Source: an uncultured Candidatus Saccharibacteria bacterium (lineage in GTDB: Bacteria; Patescibacteriota; Minisyncoccia; Minisyncoccales; UBA5738). Taken from it: 64,000 bases of DNA. Shown piece by piece: positions 56,802 through 64,000 of the stretch. The stretch covers positions 29,740-93,739 of the forward strand of contig CAYYEP010000002.1 in the NCBI GenBank assembly GCA_964470995.1, read 5' to 3'. A program made the position numbers and the translations under genes. Within the stretch, counting starts at the first letter, position 1. Each line of letters starts with the position of its first letter. The notes below the pieces were generated by a model, which was not told the origin of the DNA, did no database searches, and worked only from the letters and a program-made list of their open reading frames with translations.

Positions 56802-58763
56802 ATGAAGTTTCCCACTTTTGCCCATTGGAAACAATTCTTTAAAATCATCTCTCCCAAAGAAAAAATATCTTTCTTTTTCTTTCTTGCGCTGGCGTTGGTT
56901 TCGCTGGTATCTTTGGCGGCCGTCTCCTATATCAATAACACCGAAAATGTCCCTGCCGATAACGGCGTCTACACCGAAGGCGTTATCGGAGAACCAAGGT
57001 TCCTGAATCCCGTTTATTCGGACTCCAATGCCGCCGACCGCGACATCGTCGAACTACTTTTTGCCAGCCTGATCAAATATGACCAAAACGGAATAATAGT
57101 TCCCGATCTGGCCGACTTCAGGATCGCCGATGACGGAAAAACCTACGAATTCTTCTTGAAAGATGACCTCGTATGGTCCGACGGCAAGCCCATCACCGCC
57201 GATGATGCCATATACACCATCAAAATAATCCAGGATCCAGCCTACAAAAGCCCCCTGCGCACTCAATGGATCGGCGTGGAAACCGAAAAAATTTCCGACA
57301 GCAGCTTCCGCCTCAAACTTAAAAATCCTTCCGCTAAATTTCTCGAATACTGCGTACTCAAAATCATTCCTCAACACGCTTGGAAAAGCACAACCGCAGA
57401 AAGCTTTTCCCTCTCCAATCTAAACCTCCTCCCGATAGTTTCCGGAATGTATACGGTAAAAGAAACTTCTTCCAACCGCGATAACTCAATATCGTCAATC
57501 ACGCTCGAACGCAACCCGGCCTATTTCGGAACAAAACCCCATCTCAAAACCGTTACTTTCGCTTTCTTCGAAGATTATGATAGCCTTGCCGCCGCTTTCA
57601 AGCGCGGCCGCGTCCAAGGTTATGCTTTTGCGTCCGAAATCGCCGGCAATACGGTGTTCTCGGGGACTGTCGATTATTCCTACACCCTTCCGCGTTACTA
57701 CGCCATTTTCTTTAATCAGGAAAAAAACCATGCTTTGGCTGATATCGCGGTCAGAAAAGCCCTTAACTACGCCATCAATAAGCAGGAAATCATCGAAAAA
57801 CCTCTTAACAATCTGGGAACCGCCGTCGACTCGCCGATCCTTCCCCAACTCTACGGCATCACCGCTCCCGAAACAATATATAATTACGATCCGCAGCTTG
57901 CCGCCCGGCTTCTGGACGAAAGCGGCTATGTCGCCGGTGAAGGCGGCGTCCGCTCCAAAACCATCGACCGCAATCCTGCCTTCCAATTCACCAAGAATTT
58001 GGCCGCCGGCAGTTCGCTGACCAACGACATCAAAGAACTGCAAAAATGCTTGATCAAAGAAGTCATGCCCGATCTGGACTCCAATGGAAATTTCGGCCCC
58101 AAAACTACCGAAGCGGTAAAACTATTCCAGGAGAAATACCGCGCCGAAATTCTTGATCCGCAAGGACTTAAAGATCCCTCCGGCGACGTCAAGGCCGCCA
58201 CTCGCGACAAACTCAACCTGGTCTGTTTCCCTTCCGGCAACAAAACCACCACTCTCACCGTCGGGTTAGTCGTGCCCAACCAGGAACCATTTATCGCCAC
58301 CGCCCAGATGATCAAAGCCCAATGGGCCGCCATCGGCGTCACCGCCAATATCGAAACCAAAGATATTTCCATTCTCGAACGCGAGATCGCCAAGCCCCGC
58401 GAATACGAATCGCTTCTTTTCGGCCAAGCGCTCGGAATGATTTGCGACCCCTACCCCTTCTGGTCTTCCAGTCAAAAAGATGACCCGGGACTCAACTTCG
58501 CGCTTTATTCCAACGAAAACGCCGATAAACTTCTCGACGACATCCGCCAAACGGCCGACGCGTCCGCCCGCAACGCCAAACTTAACGAACTGCAAAATAT
58601 AATCCTTGGCGAAATACCCGCGATTTTCCTGTATAATTCCGATTATGTATACGCCGTATCCAAGAACGTAAAAGGGATTGCTCCCGGAATAATCTCCGAT
58701 CCCGGCCAACGATTTTCCGGCATTGAAAACTGGTACATATCCACAAAAAGAGTTTTTAAGTAG
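56802..58763 (+). CDS. family-5 solute-binding protein with inserted peptidoglycan-binding-like domain
   Basis: Peptide/nickel SBP fold throughout. A ~75-aa insert, IKELQKCLIKEVMPDLDSNGNFGPKTTEAVKLFQEKY, is of PG_binding_1 type. ATG at 56802. Confidence 0.8.
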   Translation: MKFPTFAHWKQFFKIISPKEKISFFFFLALALVSLVSLAAVSYINNTENVPADNGVYTEGVIGEPRFLNPVYSDSNAADRDIVELLFASLIKYDQNGIIVPDLADFRIADDGKTYEFFLKDDLVWSDGKPITADDAIYTIKIIQDPAYKSPLRTQWIGVETEKISDSSFRLKLKNPSAKFLEYCVLKIIPQHAWKSTTAESFSLSNLNLLPIVSGMYTVKETSSNRDNSISSITLERNPAYFGTKPHLKTVTFAFFEDYDSLAAAFKRGRVQGYAFASEIAGNTVFSGTVDYSYTLPRYYAIFFNQEKNHALADIAVRKALNYAINKQEIIEKPLNNLGTAVDSPILPQLYGITAPETIYNYDPQLAARLLDESGYVAGEGGVRSKTIDRNPAFQFTKNLAAGSSLTNDIKELQKCLIKEVMPDLDSNGNFGPKTTEAVKLFQEKYRAEILDPQGLKDPSGDVKAATRDKLNLVCFPSGNKTTTLTVGLVVPNQEPFIATAQMIKAQWAAIGVTANIETKDISILEREIAKPREYESLLFGQALGMICDPYPFWSSSQKDDPGLNFALYSNENADKLLDDIRQTADASARNAKLNELQNIILGEIPAIFLYNSDYVYAVSKNVKGIAPGIISDPGQRFSGIENWYISTKRVFK

Positions 58764-58829
58764 ATGCCCCGGGACAAAGCCCAAGATATCCCTTCTGCTC
58801 CGCTTACACTGCGCGTGCAGATAAATAAA
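58763..58829 (-). repeat. GC-rich repeat family A, 67-bp deleted copy (A5)
   Basis: The reverse complement reads TTTATTTATCTGC-ACGCGCAGTGTAAGCGGAGCAGAAGGGATATCTTGGGCTTTGTCCCGGGGCATC. It abuts the stop codon of the SBP gene. Confidence 0.65.
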
Positions 58830-58870
58830 TCTCCCTGGAACAAACGCTGCGGCAATTTTGGTTAAACCGT
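58828..58870 (-). repeat. fragment of GC-rich repeat family B (B4), adjacent to A5
   Basis: ATCTCCCTGGAACAAACGCTGCGGCAATTTTGGTTAAACCG matches the reverse complement of the right end of 30496..30623 (ATCTCCCCGGGACAAACGCTACGGGATCTTGGTTGAACCG). Confidence 0.6.
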
Positions 58871-59112
58871 CCTCGGCTTACGCTTTGGGCATTATAATAA
58901 ACCGCTCTCAAACCTTATTACCTGGCAAAACGCAATCAATCCGAAAAACCCAAGATATTCAAATGTCCCCAGCGCGCCATTGCCAAAAAACGGCGAACGT
59001 GCTAACATAATGTCAACACGCATCCTGCGGGATGCAATCCTCACCGCACCGATTCCCCCAACCGGGAAAATATTGAGGTGTTAAAAATCGCCGCACAATT
59101 TCAAATTAGAAT

Positions 59113-60012
59113 ATGGCACAAGAAAAATCTGCGAAAAGGATTACCAAAGTAGTGATTCCAGCTGCCGGGTGGGGAACAAGGTTCCTTCCCGCAACCAAAG
59201 CAATGCCAAAAGAAATGCTGCCGATCATCGACAAGCCGGTGATCCAGTATGTGGTCGAAGAAGCGGTTGCTTCCGGCATCAAAGACGTGATTCTTATCAC
59301 CGGTTGGCACAAACGGGCCATCGAAGACCATTTTGACCGTTCCGGAGAACTGGAAAAATTCCTCCAGGAACAAAACAAGGAAAAAGCCCTGGAAAATATC
59401 CGGCACATCGCCAATCTGGCAAACTTTATTTATATCCGGCAAAAAACCGCCCAATACGGCAACGCACTGGCAGTAATGGCCGCCCGTCCCGTCATTGGCA
59501 ACGAGCACTTCGCCGTAATGTGGGGCGACGAATTCATTTCTGCCAATCCCCCGCGTCTAAAGCAGATCATTGATGTCCACAATAAATACGGCGGCATCGT
59601 AATCTCGGGCGTGCGCATCGAGTCGCGCGACGATGTATCCCGTTACGGCATTGCCGATATGGAGCCAATCGAGGATGGTATTTTCCGCATCAAAAAAATC
59701 GTAGAAAAACCGATGCCCGCAGAAGCGCCTTCCAACTTGGCCACCCACGGCGCCTACGTACTGCCTCCCGAAATCTTTGGCATCATCGAAAAACTAAAAC
59801 CCAGCAAGGGCGGCGAAATCTGGCTGATTGACGCGATCAACCAGCTGATCGACCAGGGATACCCGGTTTACGGTTGTGAAATCAAAAATGGCAAATACTA
59901 CGATACCGGCAACAAAACCGAATATTTAAAAACCGTAATTGAGTTCGCGCTCAACCATCCGGATTTTTCAAAAGACATAAAAGAATACATTAAAAGTCTA
60001 AAATTACAGTAA
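59113..60012 (+). CDS. galU: UTP--glucose-1-phosphate uridylyltransferase
   Basis: VIPAAGWGTRFLPATKAMPKEMLPI. 299 aa. Confidence 0.9.
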   Translation: MAQEKSAKRITKVVIPAAGWGTRFLPATKAMPKEMLPIIDKPVIQYVVEEAVASGIKDVILITGWHKRAIEDHFDRSGELEKFLQEQNKEKALENIRHIANLANFIYIRQKTAQYGNALAVMAARPVIGNEHFAVMWGDEFISANPPRLKQIIDVHNKYGGIVISGVRIESRDDVSRYGIADMEPIEDGIFRIKKIVEKPMPAEAPSNLATHGAYVLPPEIFGIIEKLKPSKGGEIWLIDAINQLIDQGYPVYGCEIKNGKYYDTGNKTEYLKTVIEFALNHPDFSKDIKEYIKSLKLQ

Positions 60013-60137
60013 ATATTCAATAATCAAAAACCAATTTTCAAAAAAATATTCAATATAAAATAACCAAACTGAGTGCAAGAGCATTTATTTGAATATTGTT
60101 ACATTGATAATTTATTGAAAATTGATAATTGAAAATT

Positions 60138-60157
60138 CTTCCCGCTTCGGCGGGAAG
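60138..60157 (+). other. UUCG-tetraloop hairpin abutting the tRNA-Leu 5' end
   Basis: CTTCCCGC-TTCG-GCGGGAAG. No U-tract follows. Possibly a processing or termination structure. Confidence 0.35.
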
Positions 60158-60163
60158 GATCCC

Positions 60164-60248
60164 GCGGGCATGGCGGAATTGGCAGACGCGCACGGTTCAG
60201 GGCCGTGTGAGTAAAATCATGGAGGTTCAACCCCTCCTGCCCGCACCA
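60164..60248 (+). tRNA. tRNA-Leu (CAG), CCA encoded
   Basis: Acceptor GCGGGCA/TGCCCGC, anticodon arm CACGG-TTCAGGG-CCGTG, a variable arm, T arm GGAGG-TTCAACC-CCTCC, then ACCA. Confidence 0.9.
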
Positions 60249-60625
60249 ACAACTTTCGCTGCGCCTCAATCGCAGTAGTTAGTAATTGCTTTGAATTACG
60301 AAACGCTTTTTGTTTTGAGACCTATCCCTCACGCTTGTCCCGAGGTAATCCCGAGAGAAACGCGGGCGGTTGGACTCCTTCAATAGTGTTTGTATTCAAT
60401 GGTTTCGTAATCCAAGATAATTAATACCTTGTAATTTGGGAAAAGAGTAAAACCGCATTTTGCCAAAAAGCGAAAGACATTCCCTAATTACAAATTACTC
60501 GCACTAATTGCTAATTTAATAAACAAAATCAACATAAGTTAATTTAAAGATAAATTGCTTTCGCATTCGCGCCAGCAAATTGTGACGGATGCCAATGCAA
60601 TATGTTTTCAAATTGAAAAGCAAGA

Positions 60626-62806
60626 ATGGATCAAATCAAAAATACCGCTAACCCGGGCAACCAGAATAACGGACGGAACAACAATTTCGGACGCTCTTCG
60701 CACAACCAAAGCATTCCCCGCCCCGCGCGCCAAAACCCTCGCCCGCAAATGCGAACAGCCAAATCCGCCCCGCGCCCGGAGCAATCATTCGGCAACAATA
60801 CGCGCTCCGCTTTTTCCGACCGCAACCGCGGCGCAAAAAACAAAATGCCGGCATCAGCCTTCGACCGTACAATCGAAAGTATCCTCGGCCGCGAAAACCG
60901 GCAAGAACACCAAGTAAACAACCCGGGGAACAATCGTGTCTTCTTCGGCCAAAAAGCTTTGGAACCCGTCGGCAATTATGAAACGCCCGCTCCGCAACCC
61001 GGCAGCAATATCAATCGGCCGCAATCCAGCCGGATACCGCGCCATAACCGCCATCTGCGGCCGCAATTACCGCCACAAACAACAGCTCCCCGGCCCGCCG
61101 GCGGCGGCAATTTAGCTCCGATACGATACTCATCCGGCAAAAAATTACGCGTCATTCCTCTGGGAGGTTTGGGAGAAGTCGGCCGCAATATGACGCTTCT
61201 GGAATACGACGGATTCATTCTTATTATGGATATGGGATTTCGTATGCCTGGCGAAGATATGCCCGGCATCGACTACATCATCCCCAACATCGATTATCTC
61301 AAAGGCAAAGCCAAAAACATTATGGGTGTTGTCTTTACTCATGGCCACTACGATCACATTGGTGCCGTTCCCTATATAATCGACAAAATATGGCACCCCG
61401 GCCTGCGTATTATCGCCTCGCCGCTGACCAAAGCCATCATTATGAAACGCCAGGATGATTTTCCCGGCTTGCCGAAACTCGATATCGAAGAAGCCACCGA
61501 CGGCACGACCGCCGATCTTGGACCGTTCAAAGTGGAGTTTTTCCGCTTGAACCACAACATCCCCGACAATTACGGCATTTTCGTACAAACACCCGTTGGC
61601 AATATCATTGACACTTCGGACTTCAAATTCGACTCCAGCCCCGTCAACGAAAAACCCACCGATTTCCGCCGCCTGCACGACATCGGCAAACGCCACATTC
61701 TGCTGCTGCTTTCGGATTCAACCGGCGCCGAAGAACCAGGCCATTCCCTTTCGGAACAAGAAATTTTTGAAAACCTTGAAAAAATATTCCAGGAATCAAA
61801 AGGCCGTATCATTGCCGCCACTTTCGGTTCGCTTTTGAACCGGATCCAGCAGATGATCTACCTCTCGGAAAAATACGGCCGCAAAGTCGCCGTGGACGGC
61901 TATTCGCTAAAGAACAACGTCGAGGTCTGCCGCCAGCTGAAATACATCCGCGCCGCCAAGAACACCTTTATCACAATGAACGAAGTGGATAAACAGGACG
62001 ACGATCGCGTCACCGTAATCTGCACCGGCGCCCAAGGCGAAGCCGACGCCGTATTGATGAAAATTGCCACGCGCGAACATCGCGTCTTGCGCTTTAAAAA
62101 AGGCGACTCGGTAATCTTTTCTTCTTCGGTTATCCCGGGTAATGAGCGCACCGTGCAAAACCTTAAAGACGACATATTACGCCAAGGCGTACGCGTTTAT
62201 CACTACAAAATGATGGATATCCACGCCGGCGGCCACGCTAAACAGGAAGAATTGATGGAAATGATGCGCATTATGCGGCCGCGCTTCTTTATGCCGATCC
62301 ACGGCCAATATTCGATGCTGGTCGCCAACGCCGACTTGGCTCGTTCCGTGGGAATTCCAGACAGCAACATCGTCGTGGCCGAAAACGGCGCCGTGGTCAC
62401 CGTCGATCAGCGCCAGATCAATATCGAAAAAGAACACGCCACCTCCAGCTACGTTATGGTTGACGGCCTGGGAGTGGGCGACATCGGCGAAGTGGTTCTC
62501 CGCGACCGCCAGGTATTGGCGCACGACGGGATGTTTGTTATCGTAACCGTGATTGACCGCCTTACCGGAAAAGTTAAGGGATCCCCCGATATTATATCGC
62601 GCGGCTTCGTCTATTTGCGCGAATCCAAAGATCTCTTAAAGGACACCCGCAAAAAAACCATAGAAATCATCGATAAAGCCACCAGTGGCAACGGCGCGGT
62701 GAATTGGAGCTACGTAAAAGACGAAATCCGCAACAAGATCAGCGATTTCCTATTCTCCAAAACCGAACGCCGGCCCATGGTATTGCCGGTCGTAATCGAA
62801 ATCTAA
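60626..62806 (+). CDS. rnj: ribonuclease J with ~165-aa low-complexity N-terminal extension
   Basis: The metallo-beta-lactamase/beta-CASP core starts at KLRVIPLGGLGEVGRNM, with FTHGHYDHIG. It is preceded by an N/R/P/Q-rich sequence in the same frame. Confidence 0.9.
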   Translation: MDQIKNTANPGNQNNGRNNNFGRSSHNQSIPRPARQNPRPQMRTAKSAPRPEQSFGNNTRSAFSDRNRGAKNKMPASAFDRTIESILGRENRQEHQVNNPGNNRVFFGQKALEPVGNYETPAPQPGSNINRPQSSRIPRHNRHLRPQLPPQTTAPRPAGGGNLAPIRYSSGKKLRVIPLGGLGEVGRNMTLLEYDGFILIMDMGFRMPGEDMPGIDYIIPNIDYLKGKAKNIMGVVFTHGHYDHIGAVPYIIDKIWHPGLRIIASPLTKAIIMKRQDDFPGLPKLDIEEATDGTTADLGPFKVEFFRLNHNIPDNYGIFVQTPVGNIIDTSDFKFDSSPVNEKPTDFRRLHDIGKRHILLLLSDSTGAEEPGHSLSEQEIFENLEKIFQESKGRIIAATFGSLLNRIQQMIYLSEKYGRKVAVDGYSLKNNVEVCRQLKYIRAAKNTFITMNEVDKQDDDRVTVICTGAQGEADAVLMKIATREHRVLRFKKGDSVIFSSSVIPGNERTVQNLKDDILRQGVRVYHYKMMDIHAGGHAKQEELMEMMRIMRPRFFMPIHGQYSMLVANADLARSVGIPDSNIVVAENGAVVTVDQRQINIEKEHATSSYVMVDGLGVGDIGEVVLRDRQVLAHDGMFVIVTVIDRLTGKVKGSPDIISRGFVYLRESKDLLKDTRKKTIEIIDKATSGNGAVNWSYVKDEIRNKISDFLFSKTERRPMVLPVVIEI

Positions 62807-62898
62807 TATAAAATCATGATTTACGATTTAAGATTTATGATTTATGATTGTAAAATGCATTTATTCATAAATCGCGATTCGTTAATTATAAATCAAGT

Positions 62899-63879
62899 AT
62901 GAGGATTTTTAGCGGCATAAGGCCTACGGGTGAAATCCATCTGGGAAATTACCTGGGCGCAATAAAACAATGGATCGATCTGCAAAACCGGGCCGAATGT
63001 ATTTTTTGCGTGGTTGACCTGCACGCGATCACCACGCCTTACAAATCCCAAAAATTGCAAGAACAGATCAAAGAACTTTCGGTCGCTTATCTGGCCGCCG
63101 GTCTTGATCCCGACAAATGCATTTTGTTCGTTCAATCAGCAGTTAAAGAACACGCCGAACTGGCCTGGCTTCTAAGCACCGTCACGCCCATGGGCGAACT
63201 TAAACGCATGACCCAGTTCAAAGACAAGTCCAAACAACACCCCGAATACGTGAATGCCGGCCTGTTCAATTATCCGTTGCTAATGGCCGCCGACATTCTA
63301 CTTTACAAAACCGACGCCGTGCCCATTGGCAAAGACCAACAGCAGCACGTTGAATTGACCCGCGCGATCGCGCGCTATTTCAACAACCAGTTCGGACAAA
63401 CGTTCAAATATCCCAAAGAGCTCCTTTTGGAAACCGGCGCCAAAATCATGTCGCTTGCCGAACCGGAAAAAAAAATGTCCAAAACCGGCAATCAAAAAGG
63501 CTGTATCAATATTTTCGAAGAACCCGAATCTATCCGCAAAAAAATTGCCGGTGCCGTCACCGACACGGGCAAGGAAATTGTATTCGACCAAAAGAAAAAA
63601 CCCGGCATTTCCAACCTGCTGGCCATCCAGTCACTGATCACCAATATGCCGATAATGCGGCTGGAACAGGAAATGAAAGGCAAAAGCTACTCCGAGTTTA
63701 AAAAAATGGTCGCGCAAACCCTTATCGACTATCTGGAACCGATGCGCCGTAAACGCAACGAGCTGCTAACCCGCGACGTTTACATCAACGACATTTTAAA
63801 ACGCGGCGCGGTACGCGCCCAGACCATCGCCATCCAAACGATACGCGAAGTAAAAACCGCCATGGGATTGGCATCATAA
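62899..63879 (+). CDS. trpS: tryptophan--tRNA ligase
   Basis: Class I motifs GEIHLGNY (HIGH-like) and KMSKT (KMSKS). 326 aa. Confidence 0.95.
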   Translation: MRIFSGIRPTGEIHLGNYLGAIKQWIDLQNRAECIFCVVDLHAITTPYKSQKLQEQIKELSVAYLAAGLDPDKCILFVQSAVKEHAELAWLLSTVTPMGELKRMTQFKDKSKQHPEYVNAGLFNYPLLMAADILLYKTDAVPIGKDQQQHVELTRAIARYFNNQFGQTFKYPKELLLETGAKIMSLAEPEKKMSKTGNQKGCINIFEEPESIRKKIAGAVTDTGKEIVFDQKKKPGISNLLAIQSLITNMPIMRLEQEMKGKSYSEFKKMVAQTLIDYLEPMRRKRNELLTRDVYINDILKRGAVRAQTIAIQTIREVKTAMGLAS

Positions 63880-63892
63880 AAGCGAAAAAATA

Positions 63893-63916
63893 AAAAGCCC
63901 TTATTGGGCTTTTTTA
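63893..63916 (+). terminator. rho-independent terminator of trpS
   Basis: AAAGCCC-TTATT-GGGCTTTTTT. Confidence 0.7.
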
Positions 63917-64000
63917 ATATAAAATTTCAAAAAAACTAAACAGCATATAATCAAATCATTTCATCGAATTTAAAATTTCCAAAACTTGCGGCATCAAACA

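Noticed and set aside
57495-58784. Three minus-strand ORFs of 155-182 aa inside the solute-binding protein gene
   Set aside because: They are antisense shadows of a well-supported 650-aa SBP gene.
60330-60400. Minus-strand GAAGGAGTCCAACCGCC considered as the RNase P RNA CR-I (GAGGAAAGUCC)
   Set aside because: It is only a partial resemblance. No other conserved RNase P regions are present, and the region is too short.
62807-62898. Possible T-box upstream of trpS
   Set aside because: The spacer is only 92 bp. It has no GGUGGNACCGCG core and no terminator. It consists of the family C AT-rich module.

Overview
This 64-kb chromosomal window looks like a small-genome, Patescibacteria/CPR-type bacterium. 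That placement is an inference from gene content: many short membrane or secreted hypotheticals, a pilin-like domain protein, and GH57/GT3 glucan genes scattered among housekeeping genes. The standard genetic code fits all recognisable genes. I count about 65 protein genes and 2 tRNAs (Ser-GGA, Leu-CAG). I found no rRNA, CRISPR array, transposase, integrase or clear phage/defence module.

Recognisable genes include fpg, gmk, a pseudouridine synthase and greA. There is an ECF sigma/anti-sigma pair next to a MacAB-like efflux operon. Also present are an ABC-F ATPase, an L,D-transpeptidase, a U32 peptidase, asparaginase, thrS, htpX, lemA, groES-groEL, secG, galU, RNase J and trpS. Genes run almost entirely on the minus strand up to 55.8 kb and on the plus strand from 56.15 kb.

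I could not identify a clear new multi-gene system. The observations most worth a second look are:
1. Intergenic DNA is built from a small vocabulary of dispersed repeats. These are GC-rich hairpin elements with full-length and internally deleted copies, plus AT-rich modules. The groES-groEL spacer and a glycosyltransferase-GH57 spacer are paralogous, and one of them carries an inserted GC-rich element.
2. A canonical T-box antiterminator sits upstream of thrS, with a repeat element inserted between the riboswitch and the start codon.
3. A five-gene alpha-glucan island is centred on a eukaryote-type (GT3) glycogen synthase.
4. A hand-found 56-aa NusG-CTD-like KOW-only ORF has its own terminator.
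5. The fpg start codon plus its first 11 codons are present three times.
6. Four TATATAC-core palindromes are phased at exactly 11 bp.

All family assignments come from motifs read by eye. No database search or folding program was run.
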